Positions 30,918 to 39,114 of a stretch of DNA of 47,012 bases are shown piece by piece. Positions within the stretch are counted from its first letter, which is position 1. The number at the start of each line of letters is the position of its first letter. The stretch is taken from sequence record SRR2962707_875; one strand, written 5' to 3'. A program made the translations under genes and the position numbers. The notes under the pieces are model-generated. The model was not told the DNA's origin, did no database searches, and was given only the letters and a program-made list of their open reading frames with translations.

Positions 30918-32359
30918 GCCTTACGCTCCCCGGCCTGCTGGCTCCAAGCGTCACGCGCGGCACGAAACGCCGCTTCCACACGTTGCTTGACCCCCTCATG
31001 TGGCACCAACGGAGGCGGATAGTCCCCGGTCAGTAATGGCTGCTTCCAGGGTTCATGGATAGCGTTGTTATCAAGCTCCGCCAGCTCGGTGACATAGCGG
31101 GCGATAAAACGCCCTTCCGGATCGAACCGCCGGCTCTGCCGCACCGGGCTGAAGACCCGGAAATAAGGCGCCGCGTCGGTGCCGGTGGACGCGCTCCATT
31201 GCCAGCCGCCGTTGTTGGCGGCGAAGTCTCCATCAATCAGATGTTGCATGAAAAACCGCTCCCCCCTTCGCCAGTCAATAAACAGATGCTTGGTCAGAAA
31301 CATGGCGGTCAGCATGCGCAGGCGATTATGCATCCACCCGGTGCTCACCAGTTGCCGCATCGCCGCGTCGACCAGCGGATAGCCGGTACGCCCATTACAC
31401 CAGGCTGCAAAATGCGCTTCATTGTCATTCCAACGCAGCAGCCGCGTTTCCGGACGGAATGGCGCCCCCTTCGCCAATGCTGGGAACCGGTGCAGAATTT
31501 GCCGGTAAAAATCCCGCCACGCCAGCTCGCCGATCCAGGTCACCGCGCCTTCCCTGGCCGCCGGATCCCGCATCGCCATTCGCGCCGCCCGCCACGCCTC
31601 CGCCGGTGCCAGGGTGCCGGCGGACAACGCCACCGACAGTTCACTGGTGGCCGTCTCCGCGGGCACATCACGCAACCTCTTGTAATCGCCGATATGCTCC
31701 TCAACGAACACCTTCAACCGCCGCACGGCGGCGTCTTCTCCTGGCAGCCAGAGTGCTCTCGGCGCCTGCCCGAGCGACAGCGCCGATAGCGCCCCGTCCA
31801 CCGTGTCATGCCCGACAAAGCGGCCCCGCCGTCTCGGCCAGCGCGGCGCCTCCGGCACTTGTGGACCGTATTCTTCCATCCACTGATCCCAGCGTCGCTT
31901 GTACGCCGTGAAGACCGTGTAAGGGGTACCTTTGCCCGTGTTCAAGGATCTTGGCGGCACCAGAACGCCATCGTCGAAGCCATGGATACGGACCCCTTCC
32001 GCCTCCAGTTCGCGCGCGACGGCCCGATCCCGGTTCAGTTCATTCAGCGGGTACTCGCGGTTGCAAAACACATCGGTAATGTTGTGTTGGCGAACAAAGT
32101 CCGTCACCACCCCCACCGTGCCCTCAAAGTCACCGCCGTCGATCACATGCAGATCAACGCCGCGCGAGGCCAGCGTATGTCCCAGCTCCAGCAGACTCTC
32201 CAATACGTACCAGCGGCGCAGCGGCGCAACCCCGTGCCGGTCCCATTGGCCCGGACACAATACATACAAGGCGATCACCGGCTCACCAGCCGCCAATGCC
32301 CGCTGCAGGGGGGTGTGACTGTGACATCGCAGATCGTTACGGAACCAGATCAGACGCAT
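30914..32359 (-). CDS. phrB: Deoxyribodipyrimidine photolyase (class I CPD)
   Basis: WFRNDLR, ELAWRDFY, GRTGYPLVDAAMRQL..TGWMHNRLRM, DGDFAANNGGWQW, YFRVFSP. Confidence 0.95.
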   Translation of the reverse strand: MRLIWFRNDLRCHSHTPLQRALAAGEPVIALYVLCPGQWDRHGVAPLRRWYVLESLLELGHTLASRGVDLHVIDGGDFEGTVGVVTDFVRQHNITDVFCNREYPLNELNRDRAVARELEAEGVRIHGFDDGVLVPPRSLNTGKGTPYTVFTAYKRRWDQWMEEYGPQVPEAPRWPRRRGRFVGHDTVDGALSALSLGQAPRALWLPGEDAAVRRLKVFVEEHIGDYKRLRDVPAETATSELSVALSAGTLAPAEAWRAARMAMRDPAAREGAVTWIGELAWRDFYRQILHRFPALAKGAPFRPETRLLRWNDNEAHFAAWCNGRTGYPLVDAAMRQLVSTGWMHNRLRMLTAMFLTKHLFIDWRRGERFFMQHLIDGDFAANNGGWQWSASTGTDAAPYFRVFSPVRQSRRFDPEGRFIARYVTELAELDNNAIHEPWKQPLLTGDYPPPLVPHEGVKQRVEAAFRAARDAWSQQAGERKA

Positions 32360-33221
32360 GGTCCGCCCTCCCCGCCGCCATGGTCGCCGACCAATCGCTC
32401 ATCGCCCCGGCCACTTCGGCGAAACCGCCCGGGCAGCGCGTCAGCCACTCCGGTGTGCGTAACTCCCCGGTCAGAGCCGGCCCGCAGCACCATAGCGCGA
32501 GCCCGGAATCCGGCATGCGCTCGGGCCACAACCGGTTACTCTGTCGTCTCCCGGGGTGCTCCCCGAGCACCCAGAGCAAGCCGTCCAAATGGGAATGGCT
32601 CAACCAGGCCCCGAGCTCCGCGCCCGCCACCGGCAGCACCAAAGTCCATACCGGCACTTCTGACAAAGCGGCCTGAAACATCGCCGGCAGGGGATCCCCC
32701 ACCGCCATCACCAGCCAGCCGTGTTGACGGCGACTGGGAGCGGCCGCCAACAGTGGGCCGGACAATTTCTGCCGCAAAAAGCTGTCAAACAGGGCACGGG
32801 CGGCAATACGTCCCGGCATTTGCAGATGCGACCGCAACGGCTCACACCAGCCGTTCACTACCTGCTCCAGCGGGTAGTCACCGGTCAGCCGGCGGAACAA
32901 CTGTTCCAGTCGGCGGACGTTGAGGTCATCCAGAGCCACCCGGGCCTCTTCCATGGCCTGGTGCCAAGGCCCCGTCACCGCCCCGGGGGCCTCTCCCCGC
33001 TCCAGCACAGCACGTACCTGACTGATCGGCAGCCCCCGGTCGAGCCAGGCGAGAATAGAGCGGATGCGGGCCACGTCCGCTTCGTTGTATCGGCGATGTC
33101 CCCGCTCTGTCCGGGCCGGACGGATCAATCCGTAGCGCCGCTCCCAGGCCCTCAACGTCACCGGGTTCACACCGCAACGCCGGCTCACCGCCTGGATCGT
33201 CAGCCTCTCTTTCGTGTTCAT
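32337..33221 (-). CDS. MerR-family regulator, LitR/CarH-like
   Basis: N-terminal IQAVSRRCGVNPVTLRAWERRYGLIRPARTERGHRRY; located between the DUF523-DUF1722 gene and phrB. Confidence 0.88.
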   Translation of the reverse strand: MNTKERLTIQAVSRRCGVNPVTLRAWERRYGLIRPARTERGHRRYNEADVARIRSILAWLDRGLPISQVRAVLERGEAPGAVTGPWHQAMEEARVALDDLNVRRLEQLFRRLTGDYPLEQVVNGWCEPLRSHLQMPGRIAARALFDSFLRQKLSGPLLAAAPSRRQHGWLVMAVGDPLPAMFQAALSEVPVWTLVLPVAGAELGAWLSHSHLDGLLWVLGEHPGRRQSNRLWPERMPDSGLALWCCGPALTGELRTPEWLTRCPGGFAEVAGAMSDWSATMAAGRADHASDLVP

Positions 33222-34189
33222 AACCGGTTCCTCAAACCCAGGGCATCCGGATACGGGCGCAGATACTCCTGGGTCGCCAGATAAGGTTGCTCCACTTTGC
33301 TCTGAGCGCCCCTCAGCATCGTCATCGGCACAACCAGAGGAACTTCACCGCGCTGATAGGCCTCGATCTGCTGATGAATCAAGCGGCGATCCTCGGCGCT
33401 CAGCGCCTCGCGCAGAAAGCCGGTCAGGTGCAGCATGGTATTGACGTGGCTGCCACGTGACACTCGCCGCGCCAGCGCCGGCATCACCTGGGTGATGTAT
33501 TCCTCCGCGATCACCGGCAGAGGCTGACGCTTGAGATCGGACAATAGCGGGCCCACCCGCCGGTAGGTGGACTGACAGTGCGCCAGCAATTGAAACTTGT
33601 GACGACGATGGAAGGCCAGCAACCCTTCCGCGGTGAGCCCACCCTCCTGCAAGCGGCACCAGTCGTCATAAACGAACACCCTCTCAACGAAGTTTTCACG
33701 CAGACCGTCGTCATTCAGCCGCCCTTCCTCCTCCAGCGGCATCAGCGGAAACCGCCCCGCCAGCGCCGCCGCGAACAGCCCGCTGGCATCCCGCCTCGCC
33801 ACCTCACCATCGGCGCGATAGACCCTTATTCGCTCCATGCCGCAACTGGGTGACTTGGCCATCAATACAAACCCTCTGAGGTGCGCGAGGTGTTCCAGCT
33901 CCTGGTCAATAAAGCCGTGCATCAGCGCGGTGAAATCCTTTTCCCCGCGCGTGGCGCGCAGCCGGATCTGACCATCGATCTCCACCAACCGCATGGCCTG
34001 ACGAGGCGCGCTCATGCCAGCGCCCATCTCCGGACACAAGGAATGAAACTGGAAGTAGCGGCCCAGCACCTCCGTGCAGTAACGGGAGTGCTTATGCCCA
34101 CCGTCGTGGCGTACCGGGCTGCCCAGCAGGCAGGCACTGATCCCCACGGGGATGCGTCGATCCTTGGTGTCTCCCGGATGCGCGCTCAT
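33218..34189 (-). CDS. DUF523-DUF1722 fusion (YbgA family; RudS-like 4-thiouridine desulfidase)
   Basis: Three Fe-S Cys motifs GISACLLG, CPE, KSPSCG; then EEEGRLND..LRENF, FH...K..LLAH, N.MLH..GF, QEYL.PYP. Confidence 0.88.
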   Translation of the reverse strand: MSAHPGDTKDRRIPVGISACLLGSPVRHDGGHKHSRYCTEVLGRYFQFHSLCPEMGAGMSAPRQAMRLVEIDGQIRLRATRGEKDFTALMHGFIDQELEHLAHLRGFVLMAKSPSCGMERIRVYRADGEVARRDASGLFAAALAGRFPLMPLEEEGRLNDDGLRENFVERVFVYDDWCRLQEGGLTAEGLLAFHRRHKFQLLAHCQSTYRRVGPLLSDLKRQPLPVIAEEYITQVMPALARRVSRGSHVNTMLHLTGFLREALSAEDRRLIHQQIEAYQRGEVPLVVPMTMLRGAQSKVEQPYLATQEYLRPYPDALGLRNRL

Positions 34190-34217
34190 GGTTAGGCTCC
34201 GTTCGCTTTCTTTGACC

Positions 34218-34241
34218 TGTACAAGAATGCCGCTCTGTACA
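34218..34241. promoter_or_regulatory. LitR/PplR-type operator TGTACA-N12-TGTACA
   Basis: TGTACA-AGAATGCCGCTC-TGTACA, 28 bp upstream of the first gene of the light-response operon. Matches the T(G/A)TACA-N12-TGTA(C/T)A consensus recalled for Pseudomonas putida class II LitR (PplR). Confidence 0.8.
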
Positions 34242-34369
34242 AGTTTCAACGAGCCGTGATGAAGGCACCGTGAAGATCCGTGAACGCCACCGGTCAGGCT
34301 GACGTCGGGAGTCATTCTCGGGGTTGCGTCAGTGGCAACCCGAAGAGTGGTTACCATGGGCGTCGAACC

Positions 34370-34408
34370 AAAAAAACCCCGGGTACCGCAGTCGATACGG
34401 CCCGGGGT
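34370..34408 (-). terminator. Probable intrinsic terminator downstream of alkB
   Basis: ACCCCGGG...CCCGGGGT stem adjacent to an A7 run (U-tract on the minus strand). A second perfect hairpin GAGCCCGGC-AAG-GCCGGGCTC lies at 34429-34449. Confidence 0.6.
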
Positions 34409-34467
34409 CCTGAAGGAAGCCAGGAAATGAGCCCGGCAAGGCCGGGCTCCGTGTCATCAGCAGGTAT

Positions 34468-35616
34468 TCATGCGATGTTGTTCACGCGGCGCGCATTGCG
34501 GAACAATTGATCCATCTCCCCTTCGTAGTAAGCCTCGACGCGGGGATTCATGACCTTTTTCCACAGCGGCGGGAACAGCGCCAGCACGTACATGGCGGCG
34601 TAACCACCTGGCAATTGCGGGCTTTCCTCATAGTGGCGCAGGACCTGATAGCGCCGCTTGGCGTAGGCATGGTGGTCACTGTGGCGCTGCAGTTGGAACA
34701 GGGCCAGATTGGTGAGGAGGTAATTGGAGTTCCAGCTATGCGCCGGGGTTACCCGCTCATAGCGGCCATTCTCCTGAACCCGACGATGCAGGCCATAGTG
34801 CTCGATGTAGTTGATGACCTCCAGCGTCAAGGCGGCAACGAAGCTTTGTGCCAGGAAGAACAGCACACCCTGCCAGCCGAAAGCAATTCCGAAAGCCACC
34901 GCGAACAGAGCGGAAATGCTGTACCACCAGATCAGCTCATTATGGATGCTGACGTTCTTTTTGCCCTTACGCTCCAGATACTGCTTTTCCAGCTTCCAGG
35001 CATTGAGGAAGTTGTGCTTGATGGCGCGCGGCAGAAAACTGTACAGCCCCTGGTTGTACTGGGATGAGGAGGCATCCTGCGGGGTGGAAACATGGACATG
35101 ATGGCCGCGCACGTGCTCCACCTTGAAGCCGGCATAGGTCACCGAGGACAGTAGCAACCCGCCCATCCAGTTCTCCAGTTTGGGATCCTTGTGGACGAAT
35201 TCGTGGCCCAGATTAATGGCGATGATGCCACCCACGGTGCCAATGGACACAATCCAGCCCAGTTTGCCGAACCAGCTGTAGTCATTGCTGATGAACACAT
35301 GACCGGCATAGAACAACACGCCCAGCCAGATAAAGCCCATCAGAAACAGAAAGAACGTGTAGATGCGCTCCTCGCTCAGGGAGGGCACCTGAACCTTCTC
35401 ATCCGGGTTGGAGGGATCCTTGCCGATTAAGTAGTCGAGCAACGGCACGATGCCGAACACGACGAAATAGATGAACCAGGCCCAGTAGTCCTGGGTGCCG
35501 GCCTCACGTCCCACATGGACGCTGAACGGCAACAGCGGCAGTACCGCGGCCCAGAACAGGAGATAGCCCCACTTTTTTATTTTCAACATGGTGTCGGACG
35601 ACATTTTGGCGAACAT
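34468..35616 (-). CDS. alkB: Alkane 1-monooxygenase (AlkB2-type)
   Basis: All four His boxes present: HEFVHK, EHVRGHH, NYIEHYG, LQRHSDHHA; N-terminal TM helices. Confidence 0.97.
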   Translation of the reverse strand: MFAKMSSDTMLKIKKWGYLLFWAAVLPLLPFSVHVGREAGTQDYWAWFIYFVVFGIVPLLDYLIGKDPSNPDEKVQVPSLSEERIYTFFLFLMGFIWLGVLFYAGHVFISNDYSWFGKLGWIVSIGTVGGIIAINLGHEFVHKDPKLENWMGGLLLSSVTYAGFKVEHVRGHHVHVSTPQDASSSQYNQGLYSFLPRAIKHNFLNAWKLEKQYLERKGKKNVSIHNELIWWYSISALFAVAFGIAFGWQGVLFFLAQSFVAALTLEVINYIEHYGLHRRVQENGRYERVTPAHSWNSNYLLTNLALFQLQRHSDHHAYAKRRYQVLRHYEESPQLPGGYAAMYVLALFPPLWKKVMNPRVEAYYEGEMDQLFRNARRVNNIA

Positions 35617-35674
35617 GATCGGCCTCGCTAGTGACAGTAACAGTCTTCGATGGCAACGTTAGCACGATTAACTC

Positions 35675-35689
35675 AATTGTCAAACAATT
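35675..35689. promoter_or_regulatory. Putative GntR/FadR-type operator
   Basis: Palindrome AATTGT-CAA-ACAATT in the AT-rich alkB/gntR divergent spacer. Confidence 0.6.
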
Positions 35690-35748
35690 CAATTCGTGAC
35701 ACATCCACCCATAATGGCGATAATCGCTGCCATCAAAAGGAGCCCTTT

Positions 35749-36411
35749 ATGACCTTGAGAGCCGTGAGCCTCAGCGAGCAGATCGCCGATCATCTGGCCG
35801 AGCAGATTGTCCGCGGCGAGCGAAAACCGGGGGAGAAGCTGCCGGAGGCGGAGCTGGCAAAACAGCTTGAAGTGAGTACCAACTCACTCCGAGAGGCCTT
35901 CAGACTCTTGGAGAAGCAACATTTGATCGAACTCCAGCCGCGCCGCGGCGCGCGGGTTTGCGAGGTCAGCGAAAGCGAGGTCCGCGATCTCTACGACTTC
36001 CTGTTTCTGCTGCTCTCCCGTCTGGCGGCCCAGGCGGCCAGCAATTGGCAACCGGGTCAGATCGAGGATCTCGCCGCCATGCTGCCGGACTTCCAGCGCT
36101 GCTACGATCAAGGCGACGTCCAGGGCGGCCATCAGCTGGCCTTCCGTTTCGTCGAGATCGCCACCGACCGTTTCGCCAACAACCGCTACCTGGCGGCCGA
36201 CATCACCGACCTGATGCCCTTGTTGAAGCGGTTCTCCTTCATCGCCCTGCAAGAAGAAACCACCGAATTCGATGTGTCCTTGCGAATCTTCCAGCGGCTG
36301 CTGGAAAACGTACTGGCGCGGGATCCCGAGAAGGCCGCGGCGGACATTCGTGAGTATGGCGAGAATCAGTGCCGTATCGTGCTGAGGGCGGTGGCCAAGC
36401 GGGAACTTTGA
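35749..36411 (+). CDS. GntR family transcriptional regulator (FCD domain)
   Basis: AAGGAG RBS; SLSEQIADHL..QIVRGE..PGEKL.EAELAKQLEVS...LREA...L.......P RRGARV; divergent from alkB. Confidence 0.92.
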   Translation: MTLRAVSLSEQIADHLAEQIVRGERKPGEKLPEAELAKQLEVSTNSLREAFRLLEKQHLIELQPRRGARVCEVSESEVRDLYDFLFLLLSRLAAQAASNWQPGQIEDLAAMLPDFQRCYDQGDVQGGHQLAFRFVEIATDRFANNRYLAADITDLMPLLKRFSFIALQEETTEFDVSLRIFQRLLENVLARDPEKAAADIREYGENQCRIVLRAVAKREL

Positions 36412-36515
36412 CACGGAGTGGGCGGAGCCCCCCACCTCTTCCACACAAAACCCACATAAGAGTCTCATTCAGGCTGTCCATGCTGTCCCCGACCTAACCT
36501 GCGAGGGGAACCGAC

Positions 36516-38513
36516 ATGACCATTCGCCTGCTTGCCACGCGGCCCGGTGCCGCACCCCGCAACGCCCTGCCCCGGGCTTTGCTTTGCCTGGCCGCGCTGC
36601 TGTTGTCCGCCACCGCCCACGCCCTGCCCCGGGATACTCCGGAGGAGCCGGGCAGCGGCGTGTTCCTGATGTTCGATGACGATGGCCAGGAGATGCCCGC
36701 AACCCTGCTCTCCACTGACGTGGACATCCGTATCAGCGGCCCGGTGGCCCAGGTCACCCTGGTGCAGTCGTTCCAAAATGAAGGCGCGCTCTTCAGCGAG
36801 GGGCGTTATGTGTTTCCGCTGCCGGAGCAGGCGGCGGTCACCGGTATGACCCTGACGGTGGGCGAACGCCGTATCGTCGGTGAGATCCAGCCGAAACAGG
36901 AAGCCAAACGCCGCTACCAGCAAGCCAAGAGGGACGGCCATCGCGCCGGGCTGGTGGAGCAACGCCACAGCAATCTGTTCACCTCTTCCGTGGCCAACAT
37001 CGCTCCTGGCGAACGCGTCGAAGTCACCTTGCACTACAGCCAGACCGTGGATGTGCAGGGCAACGACTTCCGGCTACGGGTGCCGATGACGCTGACGCCC
37101 CGTTACCAGCCCGAGGGCGGCGAGAACCTGTCCGGCCCCTTCCATTCCCCGGATAGCAGCGCCGCCCCCAATATGGCCCGCCTGCGGGTGGAACTGGATG
37201 CCGGCCAGTCGATTCTGCCGCCGGACAGCGGCAGTCACGATCTGAACGTGGACGGCGCCCGCGGCCTTTATCGGATCCATCCCAGCGACGGCCTGGTACC
37301 CATGGATCGGGATTTCCTGCTGCATTGGCGCATCGCCAACGCCGGGCAAAGCCGCGGCAGCCTGTTCGTGGAGACGGTGAATGGCGAACACTACGCGCTG
37401 GTAATGTTGACCCCACCCTCGCAGCCCTCCGCCACCCGCGCCCTGCCCCGGGAAACCCTGTTCATTATCGATACCTCCGGCTCCATGAGCGGCGCTTCCA
37501 TTCGCCAGGCCCGCGCCAGTCTGCTGGAAGCGCTGGCGCATCTGCGTCCTGGCGATCGCTTCAATGTGATCGAATTCAACAGCGTCCATCACGCCCTGTT
37601 CGAAGCGCCCAGCCCCGCCGACGAGGTGCACTTGCAGCAGGCGCGCCGCTTTGTCGCCGGCCTGGAAGCCAGCGGCGGCACCGAGATGCTGCCCGCTCTG
37701 CACACCGCTCTGACCATGCCCGCCGATGCCGAATACCTGCGCCAGGTCATGTTCATCACCGATGGCGCGGTGACCAATGAGGACGGCATATTCAGCCTGA
37801 TTCACCGGCGCCTGGGCTCGGCCCGTCTGTTTACCGTCGGCATCGGCTCCAGTCCCAACAGTCATTTCATGCGCAAGGCGGCACAGTTCGGCCGCGGCAC
37901 CTTCACTTATATCGGCAACTTGCAGGAAGTGTCGAAAGCCATGAATGACCTGTTCGTGAAGCTGGAAAACCCGGTGATCCGCGATGTCCAGCTGACACTG
38001 CCGCCGGGCGTGGAGGCGGAAGTCTGGCCGCGCCGTATTCCGGACCTGTACGCCAGTGAGCCGCTGCTGCTGACACTGAAGCTGAATCGCGTTCCCGAGT
38101 ACCTGACCTTGACCGGTCTCACACCCGCCCCCTGGGAACAGACCCTGCCACTGCCCGAAGGACGGCAACACCCCGGCATCGCCCGACTTTGGGCCCGCAA
38201 CAAGATCGAGGCGCTGAACGACCGGCTGGCGCTGGGCGAACCGGAAGAAGTGATCCGTCCGCTGCTCACCGACGTGGCACTGGAGCATTCGTTGATGAGC
38301 CGCTACACCAGCTTCGTGGCGATCGAGCGCACTCCTTCCCGCCCGCTGGACGAGCCGTTGATCCGGGAGGACATCGCCAACACCCTTCCCGATGGTCTGG
38401 CGTGGCCCGCTACCGCCACCGGCGTGGACCGGCTGTGGCGCCAGGCCGTGGTACTTGCCCTCACCGGTCTGCTGCTGATACTGGTGTTCCGCCGGAGACG
38501 CCACCGTGGCTAG
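36516..38513 (+). CDS. Marine proteobacterial sortase target protein (VIT + vWA domains)
   Basis: Signal peptide; VIT region (EGRYVFPLP, NLFTSSVANI); MIDAS FIIDTSGSM, FITDG; C-terminal WPATAT + hydrophobic helix + RRRRHR tail. Confidence 0.9.
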   Translation: MTIRLLATRPGAAPRNALPRALLCLAALLLSATAHALPRDTPEEPGSGVFLMFDDDGQEMPATLLSTDVDIRISGPVAQVTLVQSFQNEGALFSEGRYVFPLPEQAAVTGMTLTVGERRIVGEIQPKQEAKRRYQQAKRDGHRAGLVEQRHSNLFTSSVANIAPGERVEVTLHYSQTVDVQGNDFRLRVPMTLTPRYQPEGGENLSGPFHSPDSSAAPNMARLRVELDAGQSILPPDSGSHDLNVDGARGLYRIHPSDGLVPMDRDFLLHWRIANAGQSRGSLFVETVNGEHYALVMLTPPSQPSATRALPRETLFIIDTSGSMSGASIRQARASLLEALAHLRPGDRFNVIEFNSVHHALFEAPSPADEVHLQQARRFVAGLEASGGTEMLPALHTALTMPADAEYLRQVMFITDGAVTNEDGIFSLIHRRLGSARLFTVGIGSSPNSHFMRKAAQFGRGTFTYIGNLQEVSKAMNDLFVKLENPVIRDVQLTLPPGVEAEVWPRRIPDLYASEPLLLTLKLNRVPEYLTLTGLTPAPWEQTLPLPEGRQHPGIARLWARNKIEALNDRLALGEPEEVIRPLLTDVALEHSLMSRYTSFVAIERTPSRPLDEPLIREDIANTLPDGLAWPATATGVDRLWRQAVVLALTGLLLILVFRRRRHRG

Positions 38514-39114
38514 GAGCGAGCGTGCGCTGTTGGGGTTGGTTCTGGGCTTGCTGATACTGGTGGCGGGCAAGGCGAGCTGGATCGAAGCCAAGGCCTGGGT
38601 GGCCCAGGCGCTGATCGCCCAGGCCTGGGAGCGCACCCTGGCCGAAGGCGGTCACCATCCCCCCTGGCCCTGGGCGGACACCTGGCCGGTGGCACGGTTG
38701 ACCGACAACAACGGCAAGGATCTGTATATCCTGGAAAGCGCCAGCGGCCAGGCCCTGGCGTTCGGCCCCGGCCGGATGGCGGCAACTGGCGGCGGTTGGG
38801 TGGTGGCCGGACACCGGGACACACACTTCCGCTTTCTGGAGGGCTTGGAAAAGGACGACCGGTTGAGCTTACAGAAAGCGGACGGGGGCTGGACCCGCTA
38901 CCGGGTGTCGGCCACCAAAGTGGCCGACACCCGCCGGGACAGCCTGCAACCCCCAGAGGACCCGCAAGCGCTGGCGCTGGTGACCTGCTATCCCTTTGAC
39001 GCCAGCGCAGCGGGAGGGCCGCTGCGCTATGTGGTCAGGATGGAACCGGTGGCCCGTGCGGAATCGGTGGTCAGCGCGGAAACACTTAGCGGCCGAGGAT
39101 ATCCCGGGCGATGA
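38506..39114 (+). CDS. Class GN (marine proteobacterial) sortase
   Basis: WIEAKAWVAQ, PWPWADTWPVARL, LAFGPG, AGHRDTHF (His), LVTCYPF (Cys), LRY (Arg); overlaps the substrate gene. Confidence 0.92.
   Translation: MARSERALLGLVLGLLILVAGKASWIEAKAWVAQALIAQAWERTLAEGGHHPPWPWADTWPVARLTDNNGKDLYILESASGQALAFGPGRMAATGGGWVVAGHRDTHFRFLEGLEKDDRLSLQKADGGWTRYRVSATKVADTRRDSLQPPEDPQALALVTCYPFDASAAGGPLRYVVRMEPVARAESVVSAETLSGRGYPGR

Noticed and set aside
21422-39114. Short convergent 3' overlaps (MFS/GNAT at 21422-21446, sortase/ACAD at 39086-39114)
   Set aside because: Overlaps of 25-29 bp are common in compact GC-rich genomes; nothing else indicates antisense regulation.
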